A DNA stretch of 64,000 nucleotides from Octopus sinensis (lineage: Eukaryota). The first letter of the stretch is position 1; each line of letters opens with the position of its first letter. The translations under genes were made by a program, and so were the position numbers. Below, one piece after another: positions 1 through 14,069 of this stretch. The notes under the pieces were generated by a model. It had not been told where the DNA came from. It saw nothing but the letters and a program-made list of their open reading frames with translations, and made no database searches. The stretch covers positions 5,084,001-5,148,000 of the forward strand of contig NC_043004.1 of NCBI RefSeq assembly GCF_006345805.1. Reading direction: 5' to 3'.

Positions 1-1001
1 AGACAGATACAAAGGAATTGTCCCCCACACTGGATTCCGAGCTCGAAGTACGCTTGGCCTGCAACAGAGTGCTCTCCGCTGAAGGTTCCCTAAAGACTAG
101 TTGTTTATTACATCTCTTGTCCCACTCTGGAGTTTAAATTTCGCTGATATTTACATTATATTTAAAGATGAATCGATTAGCTGTTATTATCTTCCAGCTT
201 ATTTATTTTCGTAAAGAAAAAAAAAAGTAAATCAATACATGGGAGCAGTTTCCCATGGGGAAATTATTATCAACGATATCGCATTTACGTTTATTTTCTT
301 TAAGAAAACTAGCCTGGACTGGTAAATATTGATTTTTCCCTTGGGCATAAACAAGGTTTAACATTTGTAAGTGGGACGAGTTGTTGCTTTATCGACCCTG
401 GAAGGATTAAAGCTAAGCGGAAGAGTAGCGAGATTTGAATGCAGAAGTGAAAATGTCAACGAAAGAGTCATTAAATGTGGTTACACAGCATTTTTCGCCT
501 ACTCGCTGTTTCATGGAAAACCTTACTTTAAATGATCGCTGCAATCTGTTAGAAATTACGACCTTATCTCTTTACAACCACGACCTTACTGTCTTAAAAT
601 ACGGAAATGGTACTTTAGATAATATAGTTTCTACATTCTCCTGAAATATCATTGACCATAGCTTTATTTAATTAGGACTGAAACTCCGGGGAAAGATTTT
701 GATTAATAACCAACGAACAAGTAGATAGATGGATAACCTTATCTATTAGGGGCATTTCGCCTTAATATGCCTTATATACTACATATTTAAAAAAATATGT
801 CCAAGTATTTTCAGGTAAATTTAGATGGTCTAGAGAAGGCTACATTTCAAACAAGCTAAGTTGGACGTCATCTGAGACGTGTAATATAGGAAGTAAACTT
901 AAAGTAGGTTACTCATAAAATAGATAAGATGCATACACACGTGCGCGCGAGCGCAATAGTTATATTTCTTCCAGAGTATGCTTTTCTCTTAAGACAACTG
1001 A

Positions 1002-1240
1002 CCGAAGGTTCTCAACCAAGGTCCATAGAAGATTTTGTTATTAAGCTTTAATATGCAATAAATTGGTTATACTTCTATAATACACAAAATATTTCAACAT
1101 GTTTTTTATACAATTCCTAATAATGCTTAATTATAAAAATACAATAGGATTTTTAAAACTTCTAATGGCTATAAGGATCCGTCTGAATAAAATAGGAATC
1201 AAAGGGGCTCCATAGATCAAAAACTGTGGAGAACCAATGA
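1002..1240. mobile_element. Non-autonomous DNA transposon (hAT-like MITE)
   Basis: GGTTCTC...GAGAACC termini; a diverged reverse-complement copy at ~39700-39893. Confidence 0.55.
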
Positions 1241-1875
1241 ACTAAAATATATCGGAGTTATATTCATTGTGTTTTATAAACGAGCCAGTAAAACAACAAT
1301 ATACTGTATGTGTATAAAATCGGTCGTTAGAGCGTGTGGTCCAATTTTAGTCTGAATTCGCTCTCAACGTTTTCTAACTAATTGCACAATATAAGTTGAA
1401 CGGGCAATAACGCAGAGAAGCTTCCGATATACTTAATAGTTTCAAATTTTGGCACAAAGCCAGCAGTTTTAAGGGCAGTCGATAAGTCGATTACATCGAC
1501 TCCAGAGATTCAAATGGCATTTAATTTACCGACCTCGAAAGGATGAAAGGCAAAGTCAACCTTGGTGGAATTTGAACAAAGAATGTTGCTAGACATTTTC
1601 CCACCTCGCTAATTGCGATTCTGCCAGCTCACTGCATTCTACTTCCTGTATATTAAATACAAATGTAATAGGGACTCAAATATGTAACATAGTGAGTTAA
1701 ATAAACAACTTCCTATATTACATATCTCGACCTACCTCTTGGTTGTATTAAAAAAAAATCTACGCTCAAAAAACAAGGGAGATAATTTCAATAAAATCAG
1801 CAAATCGAAATATCTGAAGAATAATGATGATTCAATTAGGAGTGGATCTTCTCTTCAGAGACCAAATGGTAAACA

Positions 1876-1920
1876 GCAACGGACATGTTTCGGTATTATT
1901 ATACCTCTTCAGTGATGTTG
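1876..1920 (-). ncRNA. Minimal hammerhead ribozyme-like motif
   Basis: CUGAAGA GGUAU-aaua-AUACC GAAA CAUG UC; palindromic CAUG; stem I imperfect. Confidence 0.6.
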
Positions 1921-2099
1921 ATTAAACTCAGTTGGCAAAACTCAGAAGTAATCAGTATATATTGAAATAAAGGGGATTAGTTTATAATGAGAATATTGTG
2001 TTGTTAAATACAAATTACCATAAAACTCTGTATATAATACGCACTTTTTACACAAAAAATTAAGATTAAACCAGGAGAGCAGGGAATACATAGTATATA

Positions 2100-2475
2100 G
2101 GCGTAGGCGTGGCTGTGTGGTAAGACGCTTGCTTCCCAACCACATGGTTCCAGGTTCGGTCCCACTGCATGACACCTTTGGGCAATCCTTCTACTATAGT
2201 CTCGGGCCAGCCAAAGCCTTGCGAGTGGCGAATGGATTTGTTAGAGGGAAACTGAAAGAAGCTAGTTATGTGTGTGTGTGTGCGTTAGTTTTCCTCCACC
2301 ATCGCTTAACAACCGTTGTTGGCGTGTTTACGTCCCCGTAACTTAGCGGTTCGACTAAAAGTGCCGATAGAATAAGTACTGGGGTTAGAAAGAATAACTC
2401 CTGGGGTCGATATGTGTCCGACTAAAGGCGGTGCTCCCGAATGGCCGCAGTCAAATGACTGAAACAAGAATAAAA
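2100..2475 (+). mobile_element. tRNA-derived SINE with internal microsatellite
   Basis: A/B-box-like head GTGGCTGTGTGGTAAG...GGTTCGGTCCC; many copies, e.g. 2555-3095, 22805-23190, 23210-23365(-), 25300-25460(-), 36370-36715(-). Confidence 0.8.
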
Positions 2476-2839
2476 GCATGTTCGCTCGGGAAGTATTTCT
2501 CACTCCACTTCTAACAAAACACACACACACACATTAAATAATGAAATACAGTTCGCTTTGCAAACACATAATTTGGGGTTCAGTCCCACTAAACGGCACC
2601 TTGGTCAAGCGTCTTCTCCTATAGCTGCGAGCCAACCAATACTTTGTGAGTGAATTTGGGAGAAAGAAATTGTGAGGAAGTCTATCGTGTGTGTGAGTGT
2701 TCAAGATTAATCAGCCGAAATTACTACGATGATCCGGTTCTTGACTGAAGACTGAGGGTTTCGAATGTCCTGTCCGTGTTTATTGTATCGTCTTCTAAGA
2801 GTTATACGTTCTTGTCCATGTTGTATTTTTCTACATACC

Positions 2840-2888
<49 letters not shown>

Positions 2889-3280
2889 TAGTGTGTGTCT
2901 GTGTGTGTGTGTCTTTGAGTTTGTACGTGTCCCCCGCCACTGCTTGATAACCGGCCTTGATTTGTTTACGTCCCAATACATTAGCGGTTCAGGAAAGGAC
3001 ACCGACAGAATGAATGCCAGACATAAAAATACTGGGGTTGATTTGCTTGTCTAAGCCCTTCAAGGTGGTGTCCCAGCATGGACGCAGGCCAACTGTATTA
3101 CAGTAGATTATCTGCACATGTAGCAGTTGTATACATGGTAATTTAGGGTTTTGAGACATTTTAGGCCCGAAAATCGCAATGCGACAGGACTTTTTCCCGG
3201 TAACTATTGTTGTTAGAATGCATATCATCCTTGGTTGAGAAATATATGATGAAAGGTTTTCCCAACCGTCAACATCCATA

Positions 3281-3722
3281 CAGTATTTACATTATTTACA
3301 TTTGACGGATATTTGTCCTCATCTTGTTTGTTGTTAACACAATGTTTCGGCTGATACACCCTCCAGCCTTCATCAGGTGTCTTGAAGAAATTTCGAATCT
3401 GGGTTCTCATTCCTAAGGTATTTTTTCGATGTTTTTATTATTCAGGTCACTGCTTGGAATCGAACTCTTAACAACTACGCTACTAACCCCAAGATTCCGA
3501 GTTCGATTCCAAGCAGTGACCCGAATAATAATAATAATAACAACAACAACAACAACAACATCGAAAAATACCTTAAGAATGAGAACCCAGGTTCGAAATT
3601 TCCCCAAGGCACTTGATGAAGGCTGGAGGGTATGTCAGCCGAAACGTTGTGTTAACAAGAAACAAGATGAGGACAAATATCCGTCAAATGTAAATAATTC
3701 CTCATCTCTCAAATAAAGAACT
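3281..3722. mobile_element. Palindromic non-autonomous element with tRNA-like B box and hammerhead-like motifs (Penelope-associated type)
   Basis: Inverted arms 3291-3467 / 3499-3698; flanking near-duplication GTCAACATC(C/T)ATA; related copy at ~17985-18140. Confidence 0.75.
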
Positions 3723-6291
3723 GTCAACATCTATATTGTCTTTTATTCGGACACAGTGTATCGAAGACTATGTTATCCAGTGTGTCCTATATTTGAGATA
3801 CATGATGTGATATGAGGAAAGTTTGACTGCTATTTTCAGCTGATAGAATGACCACATAACTTTTTAGTTGGTTCAAACTAGTAGTGAAAGGAGTTAATAC
3901 GAGATGAAAAATAATCATGGAAGGCGATTGTTCTTATCATTTTATCACGAATATTGAGCTATCCCAGTGTGCGGTGGCTAAAAAGACATAACTGACATTT
4001 CGGAGTGAATCCTTTATCAGCAAATAGTAGGATTTTAATTAACATGATACAAGTTGAAGTGAATAATTAACAATTATCTCCATTATTAATTCCCATACTT
4101 CACAGAGGGAGCAAACCCGATGTTATTTTCGGAGCGGTTACTGTTCAGCCCTTAACCTTTGATCGAGCAAAACCTATGACCAAAGAGGTTCCAGCCTTGA
4201 CCATCGCATTTGTTTACTCAATGAGTCCTTCCGTTTGTTTTTGTTGTTGTTTTTTATGACGAAAGGATGTGATCTGAGGGAGATTATCGTGCTATATCTA
4301 GCATGTCGAACGACCGCGTTGAGACATCTCTTGCAGGTTTGGTCATAATAGCAGCAGTACCGGTAATAGAAGCAATAATGGATCTTGAAAGTGTTTAGTT
4401 ACAAAAATTATTTTTTTTAATCTGTACGTCAAACGGTAAAGATCCGCAATAATACAAAGATAAACAAATAAATAAATAAATACTAGCTTAAAAGTAACTA
4501 TAGTAACTAACGACTGTCACCTGCAAACTACTTCGGTAAACACCAATCTATTATTTATTATTATTATTATTACTACTACTACTACGACGACGACGACGAC
4601 GAAAATCAACAGCTCATAAAACAGTAATAATCAAATTATATGACCTTTGACATTCAGTCACACACACTGACATAAAGACACGTGTTTTTCGTGGTTGAGT
4701 GGGGAGCTATTTTATTCTCCCCTTCTTTTTTAGAACAGGAATATATGATACATAAGAACTACAACTCGCAACTCGAAGTTTTTTAATTAACTCAAATGAG
4801 TTCCTGCGAACTAAATTCACACAACTCGACTGGCTTTGATTTTTTTTTTATCGTAATCATTTTACCTGATTACATCATTAATGCCATCGAGGAGACATGA
4901 TCGCTGAACCTGCAGTATGTAGTAACCAAATCTTTCTCAAGTTACACCGTATCGTCTTTCAAAAATAAATTTTATCTGTTAATAAAAACCATATCGGATA
5001 CACTATGCTTGAAAAAATATCGAAGATTGTTTCGGGTGGATGCTCCTAATCAATGGACTTACCTAATCAGGACCAAATTAAGGCTTAAACACGAGCAACG
5101 AAACCTAATGTAATACGATAGAAAAAGCAAGCAAATCACAGCCTACTATATTCTTGACCTAAAAATCAGACTCAAAAATGAAAATAAGCAATTTTGCTTG
5201 ATAGGTAGTGTTTCCTTATAAACACAGTTATTGATTATAAGCAACCGATTGATTTAGTTCAACATATTGCTGGTAACTATTCAATTAAACCGCTTTCATG
5301 CCAGAAAAATATAACAATATCAGTCAGAACGAGATATGAACTAAAGAATCAGGAGGGTCGAAAGTTTGCTATTGTAAACAATTTGGTAAACGGAACCGTT
5401 TGGGACAATCTGGTTCCTGAGAAGTATCCAAATCTAGAGACACAAACATGATATACGTAGGAGCCACTGGAAGCGCAGCTATGTGGTCATTCGACCTACT
5501 AAAAACAACAGCCAAATCTCACTTGTATCACACCCTACAGATAATGTATTCTTAAGTGCACGCTGCAGTTGAATAAAAAGATGAGGTCACGATAGGAACA
5601 TATTTGATGATAAATCTGCTCAGTTCGAGCTGACCTGAAGCAAAATAACATGAGCAACTATATATATATATATATAATCAGGTAAACAATTGTGTTTACA
5701 AACTAGATTTTTTTAAACATACTCGATATGAGTTTTATATTGGTAAAGACGGGGAGAGAGATTAGCGTAACTTGGGGCACACTCACTGTACATGTATACA
5801 TAGACGATATGCAAACATGAACGAAACTAAAGCTCCACTGATGTTTTCCACACTACTTTAAATTACTACTACAAACTACTGGGTTGAGTTAAAATGGGGC
5901 TACAAATCAACATTATTGATCGGCTGGGTAGACGGACTACATATAACGCAATCAACTGTTTCCAACATCGCACTGAGTAAGTTGCGAATAAAAAAAATTA
6001 AAAGATTTATTGAGCTTGAACTAGGATAAATAATGGGGAGAGATAAATCGAATGCAGACGGGTGTGTAGCTCAAACTAATACACAAAAATTACAAAACTA
6101 CACGCGGAGGAAAATAAATACTTTACTTAAGCAACCAACTGATAGTCTAAAGTACAAGCGCATTGAAAGAGTGTACAATGGTGGCTTCCCAGATTGACAA
6201 CGCAATTATTAGGTCTCTTTCACTATCGTCCTTATAACATTCTGTTAGATAAACTCTGCTGCGCTATTATTGCATTACAGAAAGCCATAGA

Positions 6292-6327
<36 letters not shown>

Positions 6328-6417
6328 GTAGTACTCATACAAAACGAGAAAAATGAGTAGCAACGGGGTGAAATAAGCTTATACCCAAATGCATGTATTG
6401 AGTACTATTTTTCAGTA

Positions 6418-6448
<31 letters not shown>

Positions 6449-7143
6449 GCATGTGTTTAGTGCTGACTGTCGAAAAAAAGGAGTACTCAACTACCATTAT
6501 ATATTTATTTTGGTCAAGTCGGTGTCTTACTACTCTGAGTTTCGCCTCTAGGTGCACCAGGTGCAAGTTACGACTCCATGCGCATATATGTACGCGTGCA
6601 TACACCTATATATAAATATATATATATATTAAATGTATAATATATACTGCTCTACATCTTCGAGTGTGCTTCTTTCGGATTTGTTTTCTACAAACGATAT
6701 ATATATATATATATATATATATTATGGTTGTGTTTTGACTCCTACGCATGTGTGCATTAAAGGTGTACAATTAATTAAGACACCATAAGTGCAAAAGATA
6801 GGATAAATAAGTCCACCACTACTAAACGATCTCGTTTCCTTCCCTTTTAATAAATTAATGATGCGACGGTTCCAATCCGGTCCCTTTTCATGTCTATCCT
6901 GCGCTGAATTGAATAACGGCATTAATGAAAATGTAATTAAGTGAAATCTCATACGGCATGCTATTTTAGTTAGTCTTACAGTTGCAGTGTCTAGTTGGCA
7001 ACTAACATTAGACTACAATATGTTGCCGTAGTATAAGACAGAATAGACGTTGCGAAAGTATACAGAACACAAAAACATGCACACAAAATCACGGACTTAA
7101 CGGGAGCACAATACAGAGAAGATACTATACTTATGTGTATGTA

Positions 7144-7204
<61 letters not shown>

Positions 7205-10200
7205 TACATACGATGGGTTCTATTCGACTCCGATACGCACACGTTGTTAGCGACATAAACGGTGAAAGAGATAGAGAGAGAGAATGCATGTAGTGTATGT
7301 CGAGTCACACCCTTCCACATCACAAACACTACTGTGTGTTGTGCTTAGTTGCAGTTGCTGGAATGCATGCTGTTTTATCGAGTATGGATTTAGTAACACA
7401 CTCAACTATGTGACCAACGAACTAGATTATCGGCGAACAAGCAGCAGTCGTTGCCAACCCGACTAAACTGAACTGGACACAAAATCAGGGACTCTCTGTT
7501 TCTTTCAGAAACCATTGCAATTATTTTCGACTCTTTACGAAACATATTGAATCTAATTCTACTTAAAATCTTTCAAAGAAACGTTGAAAATAAGTTTAGA
7601 ATAGCAATATAACGCATAACCCAAACAAGATAGTGTAGTTTGGATTTCTTTTCTTTTTTTCTCTCTCGTTATTTATATTTCTGCTGCTTCTATTTTGGTA
7701 TTTTTACTCATTAAAACAGTGACTATTGGTGCTTAATTGTGTCCTTACTATGCTGTATGTATGTACATGTGAAAATGTGTATGCGTGCACACAAGTGATC
7801 CTTAAGAAATAATAAAATATTAAAAGAGGGAAGGGTGGTAGATGTTCCCCCCCCCCCGAGACGAGTGCGTGCTGCCGAATATGGCCGAAGGAATGGAAGG
7901 TGCGATGTCCAGAAATGAACTACAGCAGGTGTATGAATCTGCGTGCATATGTAGCATACCACCAACAAACATGAGACATCATCGAGAATCCAGATACATC
8001 AACAATATACTGTCACCCCAAACCCAATTCTTGATAAGTAATTCGAGCGACTGAATCATTTGGTTATCATTAAAACACCAGAACTGTACTTTGTGTATGT
8101 ATGTATGTATGTATATATATATATATATATATATATAGTCTTAACGAATTGGTTATAGAGAGAGGAAGAGAGAGAGAAAGAAAGGTGGGTATATATGATA
8201 AATAGGTAAATGTAAACAGATCAGTTTTACAAAACTGAAAGAAAAACAAAAGCCTTAGTCTTAAGTTGGATTCTAAAGTCTGCAGGACGGAGAGAGAGAG
8301 AGAGAGAGAAGGAAATATAATGGAAACATGCAGAAAGAATAGTAAGTAAATAAAATAATGACAAGAACTAAAAGAATACGTAGAAAGGGGATAGAAAGAA
8401 AATAGGTAAAGAGAAAATAGTATAATGACAAGAAATAAAAGAATATGTGAAAATGAGATAGAAAGAAAATAGATTCATAAGAGAGGAGGGATAGAAAGAG
8501 AGGGGAGTGAAAGGGAAAGAGTATTAGTTATGAGAGAGTGTGTGCCTGCGTATGTGCGTTTGTAAAAGAGGGAAGTAGAGCGAGTAAGAGTAGCAAGCAA
8601 AATATGGCGGATGGAGAGAAAAGAACAAAGGATGAAATAGCAAGTAGGTCATAGCAATGTTTGTGGATAGAAAAGTAAAGGGATTCCCAAAATTGTGGAC
8701 ACCATTCATTAGCCTCTTGTTTCTTTTCCTTTTATATCCACCACCTCCGGAGCCCTATAGTGGAGAAAACATGTTAGACTACATGGAGAGGGGTGAGGTT
8801 TCATTTACGACCTACCGTAGTCGTGTGTTAGTGGCAGGTTAAGAGAGCTTCTCTGGTGATCGTAGCACGAAGCGGATGCCAACTCCACGACAGCTAAATA
8901 TACAAACAAAAACAAGGCCTTCAGTTCTATTTTGGAAGAAGTGACTACCGACTGGAATGAACATCCAACCGTTTCCTCTGTCTTTACTAAGTCCGTTTAT
9001 CAGCAGATGGAGATCCTAACAAGAGAGACGGGCTTACAGATAGAAAAGGTTTCGAGACAAACGTATACACACAGTCGGGCATAGTAGCTCCATAAGTGCT
9101 ACTATAGAGCTATCGCCCACCATGAACAGCTCTAAATAAAAATAGTCAGGGTCCGGTGGCAGATAAGTATACAAACAAACATGCATATACACACGTAGTA
9201 AAAACATATGGGGGTGTGTGGAAATTTAGTTTTTCTCTCGATAGCAAAAAAAAAACAAAAATGCAGACTTACCATTCGGATTGTTGTAGTTAAAGCAAAC
9301 GAGGTGAATACAAGCAGACGGAAGGAAGAGGAGAATAGAAAGACAGAGCTAGAAACATATAGACGGAGAGAGAGAAGGGGAAATAGTGAGGGAGAAATAA
9401 CAGATAGAAGCAGATTTAGTAAGAGGAGAGGTGAAGAAAAGGCGATAGAATTAGACAGAGTGAGAGAAAAGAGGAATGAAATCTCACTTGAAGCAAGTGT
9501 AGAAGAGGAGGATGAACACTAGGAGAGAGGATAAAAAGGGGGCGGAGGAATAAGAGATAGATAGATAGAGTAAACAGACGAAGATAGTGACAGCAGTGGC
9601 GTAATCTAGGCTGATTGAAAGAAACAGGAAGAGTAGAGAAGAGAGGGTTGTAGTGAGAGGAATGCGTGTAGCGAAGGTAGCAATAAATGTAGTGACAAGT
9701 ATAAGGGCAAATGTAGGAGGATCAGAGGTATGAGTCGAGCAAGAGACAGAGACGGAAGTAGTTGGATTTCTGCGTGCTGAGTGAAACAGCTTTAAATGAT
9801 TCTATTAATATAAAAAAAACACTTTTGATCGTAGTATTAGTGCACCCCCTAGTTAGTTTATAACAATAGTACTTGTATTTCATCTACTAAAAGAACGAAA
9901 GTTTATAGAATCGCAGTATGGTACAAGAGGCATTATCTGAATTCTGAAAAAATAAAAGCCATTTGATTTAAAGTTATTAAAAATAGAGTAAAAGTAAGGA
10001 AAATACGAAGCAACGATTAAGCTATGAATCTGATTTGGGAATGTATCGACATGGAAGCGATCCGCACAAGAAATAAACAGCCAAGAACTATTGATCATGC
10101 AGGTAAATGAATTTCAACAAGTGAAGGAACATCAAGCTTTTAGGTGGATTCTTATATTCATCATCGCCACCGTTAGTAACCAAAAATATATTTCAAAACT

Positions 10201-10559
10201 GCTTCAAAATAGGTTACTTAGAATCTGGCGACAGTGTCCAAACAAAAATAATGTAATAAACTTTTAAAATGTTCTTCTAAACAGTAAAATACTCGGTGTT
10301 TGTTTTTTTTGTTATATGTTAATCCAAATGAAAAGTATTCGGTTGAAAAGCTAGTTATTTGATATATTACATCAAACAAGCCAAAATATTTTCAGGGATT
10401 ATAGTATAGGCCTAAATAAAACTATATGTAACGAAGCGAAAATCCTGAACTTGCGTTTGCTAAATACAAATTAAAAAGTAAACTGAAGTTTTTTTCTTAA
10501 ATTACATCTAGTTATGTTAAACTTTTTTTTTTCAAACGAATGCTTGGTTTCGACCGACG

Positions 10560-11045
10560 AATTCATCTTCGCCCTCAATGCTTCAGCTGAGATTCCGACT
10601 GGGCCTTGTGCTTTCCCGTTTCTCATGTTGAGGACTGCTTTCTGTATTTTCTCCTCGTGTTGGAATCTGTTCCGGAACGTAATGACAGTTTTGCTGTACA
10701 CGTGTGAAATGGTGAGTTGTAAAGCTCTCCTTCGACAAGCTCCAAACGTTTGTGGATAGTTGTCTCCGGAACACCCTTCAGGTGAGATGGCAAGATAAAC
10801 AAAATCTTGTGGAAACAGGCGATCCAGCAACCTATCGAAAACCCAGATCAAGGAGTAATGGGATTGGCTGGGACACATCCTACAGTGACTCGTCTCCAAC
10901 ATTAAAAGGCAAGCCTCTTGAATTACACACCAAAGGAGGCGAAAACGTGGCTGACCAAAAACAACATGGGAAAGATTCACAGAAACTGAAGCACACTGGC
11001 TGGTGGCTACACATGGGAACATCTGCAATCCATTGCAAAAAAAAA
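10560..11045. mobile_element. Degenerate RTE-like LINE with internal inversion
   Basis: Minus strand KAQGPVGISAEAL (KAPGPDGI motif); plus strand VLLYTCE, WLGHIL, RKRG.PKTTW and A-rich tail. Confidence 0.75.
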
Positions 11046-13061
11046 AGATAGACAGATAGAGATTTCTTAGTAGCACTATATGTTCTACATGGAGTCGAAG
11101 GAATTAAGGTGTTGAACAAACTAATTTTCGTGGAAGGAAAAGTAGGAATTCAACTTCTGATTTAATTTTTTCTAAGGATATAAAAACACTATTTTAAAAA
11201 CATTTCGTCCCCTTTATTTAAACTAAACTCGTATACACACTAAGATAGTTGCGACATTGATAGCCTCACCAAATTTAAATACTGTGTTGAGTAGCGAAAA
11301 GAATTGAAACTGTACCAGCTTGTACACAACACCTATCTTAGCCACCACCTAAGTTTTTTCATCTTACTGAATGACAAGATACCCGCAATATACCCAAACG
11401 TTTATACAAAGTAGTATGAAAGAGTGAAGTTACATTCGCGGTGCTTGGTTAAATGCGCACGCCAACATCGACCTGGTTACCTGCTTTTTTATTTTGGTCT
11501 GTTCCACCTGGTCAACTTGCATGTAGGCATAAATGAAACAAAGACAACTTATCAAAATTACTAAGCAATATTTCTTTAGTAAAATTATGTTGTTTTCCTT
11601 ATTTATTTTAACTTTCAGTTTTGCAAAACTTTCAACGCATCGATCGAAAGTCGAGTTTGACCTCTTAGTATAGCAGGAGTGATTTCCCCTGTTTATATAT
11701 ATTTTTCTACGTGTATTAGTTTCACTCGACGCTTTTTACCTTAAATTTCTTCAACATATAACCCTAAATAGACTTGTGTTTGGAATTGATGAATTTAGAA
11801 ATATCATTAATGTGTGTGAAATTAATTGTGAGATAAATCACAACGTTATATGCATGTCAGTGAAATTTTAAATTTAATTCTTCTCTATTCGAGCCCTATT
11901 GATGATGTGTATTTAAAAAATGAATACACTGAAAGAATTCACTTCATTTGAAAATATACTATACCCTCCAAGATAATCCTTAAACTGATTTGGCCATTTA
12001 TTATTTTAAAAGTTGATGTTTGGTCCCAGGCTAGCTATTATCATCTCGTTTATTTAGACTGTATCTACATTAGCCAATGGGTTCTTCGTATTTATGACGG
12101 TAGTACGTGATCTGAGATAGGTGCAGAGCAATGAGCATTGCTGACTTGTGTAGCTCTATCGAACAACCAATGTCATATAAAGACGGTTCCCGTTAAGCGA
12201 GTCCGTCGTCTGTATCACCAAACCCTCACTGCCTCCCTTTAGCCAGGAAAAGCAAAGACTTTTCTTGTTTGGTGGGTGTGTGAAGAGGACTTACGACGGA
12301 TAAGTTTGAAAGGACTCAAATAAACACTTTATTCTTTGGGCAAGTTCTCAACTTCTTCCAGATCCACTGGTTGAGGGAATTACTGCCCTTCTGTAAATTT
12401 GCTAAAAGGTAAGTAAGAATGGCCTGGGTGAATGGACCTGCACTCAACACGTGCTTTGGGTGCGGGAAATACAATGAGAAGAGGGCACTTGCGAGTGAAC
12501 GGGCAGGATCGTTAGCCAATAAGACAAAATGCTCCGTAAATGGCGCAAGTTGAACTTTGCCTTTCATTCCTAAGATAAAGTACCAGTCGAGTACTAGAGT
12601 CAATATAATCGACTTGACCCATCCCCTCAAAAATTACTGGCCTTGAACCTTACAAGTTCAGGAGAATGCTGCGATATCACTTATACGCCAGGGAAACTGA
12701 GTTATCGGACTTAGGAGTCCTATGGCTCAAAAAATAATCCCTAATGGGCTCTTTGATTGGTTCGTGATTGCTGCCCCTTTCGTCGGATATCTCATTTCAT
12801 GCTCATTATAGAGATATTTTGTTTTCCATTCTTTTATTTTTTTACAAATTCTCATGTTTTTGTCATTTGACTTTGTAATGCCCACTCATCTATTACCCTC
12901 ATAGCAAATAAAAGAAACCGAGCCAACTTTGCCATTTGCCCTTTTGGGGTCAGTAAAATAAGCACCAGCTTAGTACCGGAGTTAATATAATCAACTTAAC
13001 CCCTCCCCAAAAATTACTGGCTTTGTGCCAAAATTTGAAGCTATTCTTCTTCTTCTTCTTC

Positions 13062-13101
<40 letters not shown>

Positions 13102-13102
<1 letters not shown>

Positions 13103-13642
13103 GAGTGAGAGAGCAGTTCATGCCTTCAAAGTGACACTGGGGTAAAATATACGAAGCCCAATATACCCATCATGACTACCCGTCTGATAAGGGTACACCA
13201 GGCACATGCATCACAACCATATGTGCGCGACATGGTGATCTCATATCAAGATAAACAGCACATGACCTTGCAGGTGGGGCCCAGTTAGAATTTTCTTCAG
13301 GTTGAGTAGCCCATCCCACTCAAAAGGTCCCAGAATAAGGGTTGTTTAAGGATGTTGAAAGAACCACCCATGTTTCCAGAGGTGAATTATTCAAACCCCA
13401 AAGAATCCCTCTCAACACATGGCTATGATGCTCCCCCACTACTTCTGCTCATGATCAGAGATGCACATATCGTCAGCCACTGAGGGACATGCTCAACTGG
13501 TTACGGTCAAACAACTGACAAGCAAATCTGTGGTATTGAGCAGAATATTTGCTGTAGCCCATCTTTTTGTACCAAGACAAAACAATGTACATGATAACAC
13601 TTCCAATCAGTTAAGATCAGAAGCCATGAGAGCCACTGCCTG
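13102..13642 (-). mobile_element. Interspersed repeat embedded in (ATT)n
   Basis: Bounded on both sides by ATT tracts; its terminus recurs at 14587-14632, again between trinucleotide tracts. Confidence 0.5.
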
Positions 13643-14069
13643 ATTATTATTATTATTATCATCATCATCATCATCATCATTATCAAGTGGTGAGGTGGCA
13701 GAAACGTTAGCACGTCAGGTGAAATACTTAGTGGTATTTCGTCGTCTTTACATTCTGAGTTCAACCTTGCCTTTCATCTTTTCAGGGTCAATAAATTAAG
13801 TACCAGTTGCATACTAGGGTCAATCTTATTGACCAACCCATTCCCCAAAAATTTCGTGCCTTGTGCCTAGAACAAAAAAGGCAAGCTGGCAGAATCACTA
13901 GCATGCTGGGCTTAGCGGGATTTCTTCCAACTTAACGTCCTGAGTTCAAATGTTGCTAAGGTCAACTTTGCATTTCATTTTTTCAGAGTCAATAAAATAG
14001 GTAAAATGGGGTCTATATAATCGATTTGTCCTCTCCTGAAATTTCTGCTTTGTTCCAAAATTTGAAATC

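Noticed and set aside
2100-2175. tRNA-like A/B boxes here and in other SINE heads
   Set aside because: No complete cloverleaf; these are SINE promoters, not tRNA genes
9208-9522. 104-aa R/E-rich plus-strand ORF
   Set aside because: Translation of a GA-rich low-complexity tract; no recognisable domain
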